Assembly (NCBI GenBank): GCA_028822585.1
Contig: JAPKDL010000007.1
Coordinates: 4,091-68,090 of the forward strand
Length of the DNA: 64,000 bases
Direction of reading: 5' to 3'
Source of the DNA: Alphaproteobacteria bacterium
GTDB taxonomy: Bacteria > Pseudomonadota > Alphaproteobacteria > UBA8366 > GCA-2717185
The number at the start of each line of letters is the position of its first letter. Position 1 is the first letter of the stretch. A program made the translations under genes and the position numbers. Positions 28,850-37,049 of this stretch are shown here, in pieces. A model generated the notes under the pieces. That model worked only from the letters and a program-made list of their open reading frames with translations. It ran no database searches and was not told the origin of the DNA.

Positions 28850-29208
28850 GGCGACTTGGTCAGAACATCCAAATTCAGATCGAGAATTTCACCCATCCAC
28901 ATGGCGAAATCCGTGTGGTCCGCCAGGCTGTCGCTCGTGCTAGGATGCAGAAAGACCGTGAGGCCGCGACGATTTAGCGCCAGCCACGGGGTAAATGTCG
29001 CGAAAACGTCGGTTTCGAAGGCGACCTGATACATCCACTTTGGATGCGGGCCCACAGGCTTATGGTGCCACCGCCCCATAACAACATCGAATTGCGTCTC
29101 AATTTCTGTACGCAGCGCCTGCGCCGCCGGCTCTGTTTCGGAATCGAAATAAATATGCGCGTGATATCCCGTAATTTCAGGAGCGGGTTCTTCGGTTGCG
29201 TTTGTCAT
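28846..29208 (-). CDS. DOPA 4,5-dioxygenase family protein
   Basis: YHAHIYF, PVGPHP, FLHP, DHT...WMG; TAATG coupling. Confidence 0.88.
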   Translation of the reverse strand: MTNATEEPAPEITGYHAHIYFDSETEPAAQALRTEIETQFDVVMGRWHHKPVGPHPKWMYQVAFETDVFATFTPWLALNRRGLTVFLHPSTSDSLADHTDFAMWMGEILDLNLDVLTKSP

Positions 29209-29585
29209 TATGGATCCCGTGATAAGCCTTGTTCCGTTAGGGAGTCGAGATACTCCAGCCAAAGACCGTCATGGTCTTGGCCGAGTTCATACAAATATGA
29301 CCACGTGAAAATTCCGGTATTGTGGGTATCGTCAAAATGAATGCGAATGGCGTAGTTACCGACAGTGTCCATGGATGAAATCCCGACATGGCGACAGCCG
29401 GGGACGGTAATTTTGTCATCGGGGTTGTGGCCTTGAACTTCCGCTGACGGGCTTTCGACACGCAGGAATTCGGCGCGGAGGCGAAAGGTAACGCCATCGT
29501 CGAAATCGATCTCCAGGGTTTTGTCATCTTTTTTGTACCGAATCTCGGTTGGCCAATGATCAGTTGAAAATTTGTTCTGCACCAT
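29208..29585 (-). CDS. DUF971 (GBBH-like N-terminal) domain protein
   Basis: AEFLRVESPSAEVQGH, VGNYA, FDDTHNTGIFTW.YL. Confidence 0.9.
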   Translation of the reverse strand: MVQNKFSTDHWPTEIRYKKDDKTLEIDFDDGVTFRLRAEFLRVESPSAEVQGHNPDDKITVPGCRHVGISSMDTVGNYAIRIHFDDTHNTGIFTWSYLYELGQDHDGLWLEYLDSLTEQGLSRDP

Positions 29586-29612
29586 GGGATCTCTATTTGT
29601 GTTTGGGGGGTT

Positions 29613-29807
29613 TTAAGACGGGTCGTCGATTTGTCGGGCTTCGTCGACCAGCATAATGGGAATGCCGTCTCGGATTGGATAGGCCAGATTGGCTTGTTTG
29701 CTGACAAGTTCGTTCCGCTCGGCATCCAGGGTGAGCGGACCTTTCGTTAACGGACACACAAGAATTTCCAAGAGTTTCGGGTCGACGCCCGATTGGGTCG
29801 CGTTCAT
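29613..29807 (-). CDS. Trm112 family protein
   Basis: [11 protein letters not shown]...[11 protein letters not shown]. Confidence 0.92.
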   Translation of the reverse strand: MNATQSGVDPKLLEILVCPLTKGPLTLDAERNELVSKQANLAYPIRDGIPIMLVDEARQIDDPS

Positions 29808-29847
29808 CGTGGGTCTCCTTCGCTGTTATCGGCGGCTATCAACGGCC

Positions 29848-30540
29848 TTATTGGCGGGTAATGTTATCATCGCCGTCGCCCATACTCGCCATTTCCAGGA
29901 TTGCGAGCAGTAAGTCGCCCCGCTGGGCTTGGTTCGCTGCCTCCAGCAACGCTTGTTTTTCAGATGCGGCGAACGGGCACAACATGGCGATGGTGTTGAT
30001 CAGCCGGTCGTCGTCGAGTTTTTCAATGGCGTCCCAATTGGCGTCGATATCTCGTTGTTTGAAATATAGCTCTAATGGTGGGCGCAGGCGGTTGCGGTCA
30101 AAAGCCTTAATCGCGGCGCGGCCTTGTATGGAGCCTTCAGATCCAGGCGTGATCATGTCGTCGGTGTATCGGGACCAATTAACGGCGCAGCGTCGGTATC
30201 CATTTTGTTGCGCGGCTTCCTCAACAATGTCAAAGCGGCACACCCCCAATAAGTTCAACCTAAACCGCTCGTCGCCGGTTTCCTCGAATTGCGTAATGCG
30301 CCCGGCGCAGCCGGTTCCATATAAGACAGGGTCGCTTTCACCCGTTTCAGCCAAGGCTTCGGTGGGTTGTATCATGCCAATCATTCGCGGCGGTGCCAAC
30401 GCGTCCCGGACCATGTTGAGATATCGGGGCTCGAAAATATTCAGCGGCAATAGACCGCGTGGCAACAATAACACGCCGGACAACGGAAACACCGGCAAGT
30501 GACCGGGTAGGTCGTCGAACAGTGGGTCAAATGGGCTCAT
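29848..30540 (-). CDS. LON peptidase substrate-binding domain protein
   Basis: PVFPL, LPLNIFEPRY, GCAGRI, EKQALLEA. Confidence 0.9.
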   Translation of the reverse strand: MSPFDPLFDDLPGHLPVFPLSGVLLLPRGLLPLNIFEPRYLNMVRDALAPPRMIGMIQPTEALAETGESDPVLYGTGCAGRITQFEETGDERFRLNLLGVCRFDIVEEAAQQNGYRRCAVNWSRYTDDMITPGSEGSIQGRAAIKAFDRNRLRPPLELYFKQRDIDANWDAIEKLDDDRLINTIAMLCPFAASEKQALLEAANQAQRGDLLLAILEMASMGDGDDNITRQ

Positions 30541-31454
30541 GCGAACATAAGCGTCGAAAGGCGCCGCCGACTGTCCGCAACCAGTTCGCTTTCCGGACCC
30601 AGAGCGTCGAAAATTTCGATAAGTTGCTTGCGCGCGGCATCGTCATTCCAAGCGCGATTGCAACTGAACAAGGTCAGTAACTCGTCGATGGCGGCCTCCA
30701 CATCACTGGAGGCGTAGAGCGCCAGCGCCAGATCAAAGCGCGCCTGATGATCGTTTACATCAGCCGCCAAGCGTTGTCGAAGCGGTTCCATGTCAGCCTG
30801 GGCGCCGCCCGCTTTTTCCGCCAAATCCAGGCTGGCCAGAACGCTTTTAATTTCCGGCTCTTCTTTCAGTTTGTCGGACACGCCCGCCAGGAACTCCCGC
30901 GCGGCGTCGGTTTCGCCCTTGGCGTGCAAGACAGACGCAAAACCGGCGATCGCGGATACATTTTCAGCTTGATGCTTCAGGACTTCGCTATATATCGCTT
31001 TGGCGGTGTCCAAATCACCGGCTTCCGTCGCTACGGTGGCTTTCTCCATCGCTTCGTCTATGGGCGAGGGCCCCGTCTTGTCTTTGGAGGCGCGCAGAAC
31101 CCGGTCGAGGAATTGTTTGATCTGACTTTCCGGCAGGGCACCCGCGAATCCGTCCACGGGTTGCCCGCCGGCAAACGCAAACACCGCCGGAATGGATTGA
31201 ACGCGCATTTGCTGCGCGATTTCCTGGTTTTCGTCGATGTTAATTTTTACCAGCTTGACCGCGCCTGCCGCCTCGGTGACGACTTTTTCGATCATCGGAC
31301 CCAATTGTTTACAAGGACCACACCACGGCGCCCAGAAATCCACGATGACTGGTGTCGTTTTGCTGGCCTCGATAACATCGGCCATGAACGTTGCCGTTGT
31401 GACGTCTTTTATCAGGTCTGCAGCGTCCACGCCGCCGCCAATTAAAGATTCCAT
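30537..31454 (-). CDS. cnoX: Thioredoxin-TPR chaperedoxin (CnoX/YbbN)
   Basis: DFWAPWCGPCK thioredoxin domain followed by TPR repeats ending RRRLSTLMFA. Confidence 0.9.
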   Translation of the reverse strand: MESLIGGGVDAADLIKDVTTATFMADVIEASKTTPVIVDFWAPWCGPCKQLGPMIEKVVTEAAGAVKLVKINIDENQEIAQQMRVQSIPAVFAFAGGQPVDGFAGALPESQIKQFLDRVLRASKDKTGPSPIDEAMEKATVATEAGDLDTAKAIYSEVLKHQAENVSAIAGFASVLHAKGETDAAREFLAGVSDKLKEEPEIKSVLASLDLAEKAGGAQADMEPLRQRLAADVNDHQARFDLALALYASSDVEAAIDELLTLFSCNRAWNDDAARKQLIEIFDALGPESELVADSRRRLSTLMFA

Positions 31455-31484
31455 GTCTATTCCCTTACACGCTGTTCGTTCTTT

Positions 31485-31513
31485 AAATGGCGGTTTTCGC
31501 GCCCGGTGACAAG
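31485..31513 (-). promoter_or_regulatory. Possible RpoH (sigma32)-type promoter of cnoX
   Basis: Minus strand CTTGTC-N16-GCCATTT upstream of a gene family known to be heat-shock induced; imperfect match. Confidence 0.3.
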
Positions 31514-31538
31514 CCCGGTGACGAGAATAAGATGGCCG

Positions 31539-32069
31539 TCAGGCGGGCGCGTCTTCTCCCAATCGCTCGAAGTCCAAGATAAGGGGGGAATGACTTTCGG
31601 CTGCAAAAAATTTTAACAGGTCGTCCGGGCTGATCGCTGTGGTCATATCATTACGCAATGGATGCGCGTTGATGATCTGCCCGTTCAGCAGGGATTGATC
31701 CAGTACCATCGACACCGCGCCGTCGAAATCGTTAATGACGCCAAACGCGGTGACGGAGCCGGGCTTGACGCCAAGATACGCCATCAACACGTCCGCGGCG
31801 CCAAAGGACAGGCTGCCCGAGGCACCTAACCGGCGGCGCAACGCCTTTAGATCAATGTCCCGGTCTTCTTTGGCGGTGACCAGCCAGTACCGCTTCTTCT
31901 TGTCGCGCAGAAACAAATTCTTTACATGCGCGCCCGGCAAGACGCCGCGCAGGGACTGCGATTCGTCCACCGTAAACACTGGCGCATGTTCGTGCGTTTC
32001 ATAGGGCAGGCGCAAAGCGTCCAGCCGTGCAAACAATCCAGCGGCGTCAATAGGGGTATTTGTACTCAT
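31539..32069 (-). CDS. YbaK/ProX-type aminoacyl-tRNA deacylase
   Basis: HAPVFTV, KNLFLRDKK, LSFG, GVKPGSVT, HPLRN. Confidence 0.9.
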   Translation of the reverse strand: MSTNTPIDAAGLFARLDALRLPYETHEHAPVFTVDESQSLRGVLPGAHVKNLFLRDKKKRYWLVTAKEDRDIDLKALRRRLGASGSLSFGAADVLMAYLGVKPGSVTAFGVINDFDGAVSMVLDQSLLNGQIINAHPLRNDMTTAISPDDLLKFFAAESHSPLILDFERLGEDAPA

Positions 32070-32142
32070 GGCGCGAAATTAACGCCCCATGGCCTGGTTC
32101 CGCAAGGAGCGAAAAATTTCAAAACAAAATGTACGCCGCCGC

Positions 32143-32170
32143 TTGCAAACAATTGCGTCTTGCGTATTAT
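32143..32170 (+). promoter_or_regulatory. Sigma70-like promoter of tRNA-Gly
   Basis: TTGCAA-N16-TATTAT followed by GC-rich discriminator GCGCCGCC. Confidence 0.6.
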
Positions 32171-32199
32171 GCGCCGCCGTCGATATATAAAGGCGGAAC

Positions 32200-32274
32200 G
32201 CGGGCGTAGCTCAGGGGTAGAGCGCAACCTTGCCAAGGTTGAAGTCGTGAGTTCGAATCTCATCGCCCGCTCCA
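32200..32274 (+). tRNA. tRNA-Gly (GCC)
   Basis: GCGGGCG acceptor stem pairing with CGCCCGC, AGCTCAG D arm, AACCT-TGCCA-AGGTT anticodon arm, GTTCGAAT T loop, encoded CCA. Confidence 0.97.
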
Positions 32275-32632
32275 TTATTTTCCATGAAAACAATACATTG
32301 AAACGCCTATTCGAAGCGGGTGTGGCGTGTTTTGGTTTCGGGGAAACAGGGGGGAAGCCGTCGAATTAATTTCGCGATATTTTGTGGAAATGTTAAAAAG
32401 CCCTGCTTCACGCGTGTTCTGGTCCCAAAACCTACGGAAATTCACACCCTATTTAGGGATTAAAGAAACCTCACCGTTACTGCACCATCGCATGGCCACC
32501 ACCCAGATTCACCGCGCGGATATCTGCTCATTTGGGGTGTTTTCACCGTTAGCCTTTGCGGCGTTGCGCAACCACTCAACGAAATCCATTTTTTTGTTTA
32601 CGTAATATATGCTAAGGCCTGACGACCTCTCT

Positions 32633-32710
32633 TGGAATTCGTCATATTTCGTCAAGCCGCGATCCAACGCGCTGCTGAAAAGCCTTACTATTGCTAACCC
32701 GCGAGATGCT
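32633..32710 (+). repeat. Bipartite repeated motif, copy 1
   Basis: Blocks 32633-32655 and 32683-32710 match 34988-35010 (21/23) and 35046-35073 (25/28). Confidence 0.85.
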
Positions 32711-32859
32711 CTGGGGAAATGAGAGAGGCAATTTTGGAGAAAAGGGTCTTGTGATCTTGCCTAATACTGCGGAGTGATACCTTGTTATCTTCAATTTGAC
32801 GCCCCTATTAGACCACACTAGGTTTATTGATTGGAATGCGAACGGGGAGTCCCAATCTA

Positions 32860-33843
32860 ATGCAGCAGATGCGCCAATGGTGGGTTGTCCCGGGACGGGA
32901 CGGTGGAGTCTCTGAACTGCGCACGGTCGTGATACCAGATCCGGGGCTTGGGCAGGTGCTGGTGCGCATCTCCGCCGCTGGTGTGAACCGTGGTGAGTTG
33001 ATCGGCAGAGTTGGGTTGCGCTCCACTAACCCGAACGCGCGCGCCACCCCTACCGGTAATGAGTTTGCAGGCACGATTGCCGCTCTTGGTGAAGGTGTCA
33101 GCGGTTGGACTATAGGCGCGTCAGTTATGGGCAGGTGCCAAGCCTGTCATGCGGAGTACACCGTGGCCGACGCCGCCGCGCTCATGCCAACGCCCGCCCA
33201 CTTAAACGACACAGAAGCCGCCGCTATCCCTAATGTTTTCGTTACGGCCCATGACGCAATTGTCAGCGCTGCAGCGACTTCGCCTAACGATACGGTGTTA
33301 ATTACCGCAGGCTCATCTGGGGTTGGAACCGCAGCAATTCAAATTGCCAAGCATTTAGGCTGCCATCAGGTGCTAGCCACGACCACTACCAAGGCCAAGA
33401 CCGAAGGACTCACAGCGCTGGGCGCGACCGGGGTGATCGACACCACTTCTGGAGGTTGGCCCAAGGAACTGGCCGATCGGTTCGGAAGTGTAGATGTGGT
33501 GATTGACCAAGTGGGTGGTGGCTTGTTTGAAGGACTGTTGCAAACTATGGCGATTAAAGGCCGCTACGTGAGCGTTGGACGGAACGATGGCGCCAAAGCG
33601 GTCATCGACTTGGATCTGGTGGCGCGACAACGGCTGAAGCTAATTGGAGTTACGTTTCGCACCCGATCTGCTGCAGAAGCCCTGGCGTGCAGCACTCGGT
33701 TCGCACAGGAACTTCTGGGAGCGTTTACGCCTAACGGCCTTCAACCTGTGTTAGACCGCTGCTTTCCCTTAGCTGATTTGCCCGCGGCCCACGCCTACAT
33801 GATCAGCAATAGCCAAATTGGGAAAATCGTTATAACGCCCTGA
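32860..33843 (+). CDS. MDR-family NAD(P)H quinone oxidoreductase-like protein
   Basis: AAGVNRGE, GNEFAG, VLITAGSSGVGTAAIQ, GKIVI; SD GGGGAG. Confidence 0.88.
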   Translation: MQQMRQWWVVPGRDGGVSELRTVVIPDPGLGQVLVRISAAGVNRGELIGRVGLRSTNPNARATPTGNEFAGTIAALGEGVSGWTIGASVMGRCQACHAEYTVADAAALMPTPAHLNDTEAAAIPNVFVTAHDAIVSAAATSPNDTVLITAGSSGVGTAAIQIAKHLGCHQVLATTTTKAKTEGLTALGATGVIDTTSGGWPKELADRFGSVDVVIDQVGGGLFEGLLQTMAIKGRYVSVGRNDGAKAVIDLDLVARQRLKLIGVTFRTRSAAEALACSTRFAQELLGAFTPNGLQPVLDRCFPLADLPAAHAYMISNSQIGKIVITP

Positions 33844-33870
33844 CTCAATTCGTGCAGAAGGAAATGCTCC

Positions 33871-34713
33871 ATGACCGACACAACTGCCCTGTCACAAACA
33901 GAAACCGTGCAGAGCAAGGCTGACGTCGTTCAGGTAACTGCGCTCACTGGCTCCATCGGTGCGGCGATTTCAGGTGTTCGCCTTACCAATATCAATGATG
34001 ATCAGTTCGTGGCGATCCGCACAGCATTTCACGAATATTGTATGTTGGTCTTTCGTGACCAGTTTCTTTCGGTTGAGGAACATGTTGCTTTTACCGCCCG
34101 GTGGGGGGAGTTCGGATTTAATAAGATGAGTCCACAATTGGACGATTATCCCATGGTCCTGCCCCTCTCGAATCGGGGCAAAAGCAAGGCAGTCACCGAA
34201 AATTGGCACTACGACTCGACCTTCATGACTGAACCTCCAGCTATAACGACGCTTTCGGCCCGTGATATCCCGGTAGGCGGCGACACTATGTGGAGCAACC
34301 AATACCTAGCCTACGAAACCCTGTCACCCGGCTTGAAAGCCATGCTGGCCGGTGTCCGGGCCGAGTTTACTGGTACGCGGCTGGCTAAACTGTACGGCCT
34401 GGATCAGGTGCCGCGTTGTCTGCATCCGGTCGTTCGCACTCACCCTGAAACAGGGCGAAAGGCGCTCTATATTGGCAAACCTGGGGACACCGTTCCTCGA
34501 TTCGAAGGCATGACGCCGACAGAAAGCGAGCCCCTTCTGCGCTTCCTCTATGAGCATTCTGCCCAACCGGACCACATCTACCGACATCAGTGGCGCAATG
34601 GTGACCTCGTGATGTGGGATAACCGCTGCACAATGCACTATGCTGTGCACGATTACGGGAATGAGATGAGGGAGCTTCATCGCGTCACCATCTCGGGTGA
34701 CCGACCGGTTTAA
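33871..34713 (+). CDS. TauD/TfdA family Fe(II)/2-oxoglutarate dioxygenase
   Basis: WHYD (HxD), GGDT, HPVVRTHPETGRKALY, WDNRCTMH, RELHR. Confidence 0.93.
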   Translation: MTDTTALSQTETVQSKADVVQVTALTGSIGAAISGVRLTNINDDQFVAIRTAFHEYCMLVFRDQFLSVEEHVAFTARWGEFGFNKMSPQLDDYPMVLPLSNRGKSKAVTENWHYDSTFMTEPPAITTLSARDIPVGGDTMWSNQYLAYETLSPGLKAMLAGVRAEFTGTRLAKLYGLDQVPRCLHPVVRTHPETGRKALYIGKPGDTVPRFEGMTPTESEPLLRFLYEHSAQPDHIYRHQWRNGDLVMWDNRCTMHYAVHDYGNEMRELHRVTISGDRPV

Positions 34714-34789
34714 CCCGCACCTATAGATGCGGAGAATGAGCGGATCGGAATTTAACTCGGCGCATAATAGCTAAGCCCTTGGAAACAAA

Positions 34790-34835
34790 TGGTGCTGCCT
34801 GGGTGACTTGAACACTCGACCCCCGCATTACGAAT
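34790..34835 (-). pseudogene. 3' half of a tRNA-Thr(CGT), att-site remnant
   Basis: Minus strand ATTCGTAATGCGGGGGTCGAGTGTTCAAGTCACCCAGGCAGCACCA: anticodon loop, T arm and ACCA end; 5' half absent. Confidence 0.8.
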
Positions 34836-34848
34836 ATACGGTGCCAAG

Positions 34849-34863
34849 GTTCTTGAAATGTTC
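34849..34863. promoter_or_regulatory. Candidate alphaproteobacterial LexA (SOS) box
   Basis: Perfect GTTC-N7-GTTC (GTTCTTGAAATGTTC) in intergenic DNA. Confidence 0.4.
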
Positions 34864-34987
34864 ATACATCTATTTTTGTACCTAAAAACAGTATATTATC
34901 GGGAAAATTAACGTTCAACCTCAAGCGTAATATTCCCAAATATTTCTGCACGATTACACAGGAATTGCACACAAGCTCACTCTCCCC

Positions 34988-35073
34988 TGGAACTCGTTAT
35001 ATTTCGTCAAATAGCGATTCCGTGCATTCCCGCAGACGCTTCGTTCCTTACTATTGGTTACCCACGAGATGCT
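34988..35073 (+). repeat. Bipartite repeated motif, copy 2
   Basis: See copy 1 at 32633-32710; spacer is 35 nt here versus 27 nt. Confidence 0.85.
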
Positions 35074-35314
35074 ATCGACGGGTCTCATACCAGCCAACCA
35101 CGTTTGTCGGATAATGTATTTATTATCTCTTGATGTCCCGTAGCGTGCTCGCCTGGGGGTCCGCTATCACCGGAAATACCGGACGTGAAACGCTGGCGCC
35201 CACCACAGCCAGGTGTGGCCAAAAGAAGGCATTCAATTCATCGCGAAAACAGATAGACTCGTCGCGCGTAGATTCAGTCTTTAAGATATCCGGGACAACA
35301 TTGGAGGGCACGAT

Positions 35315-36370
35315 ATGTGGTCGAGAAATGCGCTAACCAAACGACTCAATCTCGAGTGGCCGATTCTTCAAGCGCCGATGGGCAATCTCTCCACGCCTAG
35401 CCTAGCCGCCGCCGTGAGCAATGCTGGTGGCCTTGGCGGAATCGGCATGTGGGGTTTTTCTGCAGATGACGCCGAACGGCGCATTGCCGGTTTTCGCCAG
35501 CAGAGCGGTGGGGCCCTGAACGTCAATTATCCACTGTGGGATGATCCGGGAGACCTTACCGGCGTCGGTCAGGAAATGTGCCGGCGTCTTCAGGCCTTCT
35601 ACGATGAAAGTGGACTTGGCGCGATGCCCGAACCGGTAGGCTCCGGCGGCACCGTCGATGCCGAACATCTCGCCATGCTCAAGCACGTCAAGCCAGAGGT
35701 CGTGAGCTTTCACTTCGCCCTGCCTGAACCCGAGGTGCTGCGGGAAATCAAGTCAGCGGGGATATATACGATCGCTAGTGCCACGACCGTTGCCGAAGCG
35801 AGAATTCTCGAGGAGAGCGGGATCAACGCCGTTATTGCGCAAGGCATCGAAGCGGGCGGCCATCGCGGCACTTTCACGGGCGTCGATATCGCTATGCAGC
35901 CGGGGTTGTTTGCCTTGCTGCCCCAGGTCGTCGACGCGGTCACCGTGCCGGTCATCGCGGCGGGCGGGATCGCCGACGGCCGTACAGTTGCGGCGGCTTT
36001 GGTTCTCGGTGCCAGCGCGGTGCAGCTCGGCACGGCGTTCCTGCGCTGCGAGGAAGCGAACGTACCCGATGACCATAGAGCGGCGCTTGGCAAAGCCGAT
36101 GATGCCTCGACAGTGGTATCTTCCGTGGTTTCGGGTCGCCCGGCGAGGTTTATCCGGAACCGGCTGATCGACGAGCTGTCGCAATCGGAACCGTTGCCGT
36201 TTCCGGCGCAATTGAGCATTACGACGCCGCTACGCGCCTCCGGCGACCCGGAACTCGGCTCATTGTTCTCCGGCCAGTCGGCGGCGCTGACCCGTGATAT
36301 GCCAGCCGGCGAGCTGGTAAAGACGCTGGCCTCGGAGACCGGGGTGTGCTTGAAGCAGTTTGGGTCCTGA
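35315..36370 (+). CDS. Nitronate monooxygenase family flavoprotein
   Basis: PILQAPMG, VSNAGGLG, QGIEAGGHRG, IAAGGIADG, QLGTAFL. Confidence 0.92.
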   Translation: MWSRNALTKRLNLEWPILQAPMGNLSTPSLAAAVSNAGGLGGIGMWGFSADDAERRIAGFRQQSGGALNVNYPLWDDPGDLTGVGQEMCRRLQAFYDESGLGAMPEPVGSGGTVDAEHLAMLKHVKPEVVSFHFALPEPEVLREIKSAGIYTIASATTVAEARILEESGINAVIAQGIEAGGHRGTFTGVDIAMQPGLFALLPQVVDAVTVPVIAAGGIADGRTVAAALVLGASAVQLGTAFLRCEEANVPDDHRAALGKADDASTVVSSVVSGRPARFIRNRLIDELSQSEPLPFPAQLSITTPLRASGDPELGSLFSGQSAALTRDMPAGELVKTLASETGVCLKQFGS

Positions 36371-36380
36371 TAGGGGCGTT

Positions 36381-36500
36381 GGTGTACACTATCGATGGTG
36401 GAGACTAAGTGGGTATAACGATGTTGAAGAAGCGGCAATTGCGGCGGTTGTGGGAAGACGAAGAGAAGATACGGACCGTTGCGCAGACGTGGGTTGCGAT
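36381..36500 (+). mobile_element. Truncated IS remnant (IS66 TnpA/HTH_Tnp_1-like N-terminus)
   Basis: ATG 36421 MLKKRQLRRLWEDEEKIRTVAQT resembles the RRxWSxEEKxxIV start of such transposase ORFs; preceded by an imperfect inverted repeat at 36381-36406. Confidence 0.55.
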
Positions 36501-36564
36501 CTCCAGCCGAGATGTTGGTAAATTCAATAATCAGCCAACGGAGCTTCCAACCGCAGATCCGGAA

Positions 36565-36597
36565 AAGCCGTGAGTACTAATCTCATCGCCCGCTCCA
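36565..36597 (+). repeat. attR-like copy of the tRNA-Gly 3' end
   Basis: AAGCCGTGAGTACTAATCTCATCGCCCGCTCCA versus AAGTCGTGAGTTCGAATCTCATCGCCCGCTCCA; last 19 nt identical. Confidence 0.9.
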
Positions 36598-36647
36598 ATA
36601 TTTTCAATATCTTAGAGAATTTTAGTGGCTCGCTTATTTTGGCCTAG

Positions 36648-36905
36648 CAAGTACAAACCGTGCGTTCATCGAGCGGGGTGGCAGACGCCGCAAATCTCAT
36701 GCGCGGCTTGGTCGATGCCAACAAAGCGTTGTACAGCGACGATCTCGAGACGATCGAAGAATACTATCAAGGCTCATGGTTCTTTGATCTTAACCCGGAA
36801 GTGCCGCTCGAGTATCGTCCGCCCCAGGGTGATGGGTGATGTACTTGTTGCCTACATTGAAGGTGCTGCCGCCGGCACGGTCGCAATCTGCAGAATGGAC
36901 ACGGT
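36648..36905 (+). pseudogene. GNAT N-acetyltransferase fragment, frameshifted and truncated
   Basis: Removing one copy of tandem GGGTGAT (36827-36840) restores ...EYRPPQGDVLVAYIEGAAAGTVAICRMD. Confidence 0.6.
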
Positions 36906-37049
36906 CTCTACGGGAAAACTCCCGAGGAGCCAGCGGTTGCAAAACCGGTTAGGCGAAAAACCGCGCCGTCGGTAGGCGCGCTTCGCAAAAGGGGTGCTAA
37001 CTTAGCGGAACTCATTACGCGCGCCAACATTACGAATGGTTCTGAGACT

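Larger units (their letters stand above)
32242..36597. mobile_element. Integrase-less genomic islet integrated at the tRNA-Gly 3' end
   Basis: tRNA 3' 33 bp (32242-32274) is repeated at 36565-36597 with 3 mismatches; accessory cargo and AT-rich spacers lie between. Confidence 0.8.

Noticed and set aside
31501-31522. Tandem GCCCGGTGAC x2 upstream of cnoX
   Set aside because: Only two short copies; indistinguishable from a local slippage duplication.
32490-32530. Minus-strand ADIRAVNLGGGHA resembling a tyrosine recombinase box II
   Set aside because: Flanked by stops, with no catalytic Tyr or HxxR context; likely chance.
32800-32812. Minus-strand TCTAATAGGGG resembling a Rep_trans/MOBT nick site
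   Set aside because: The flanking hairpin arm is missing and there is no relaxase or Rep gene nearby.
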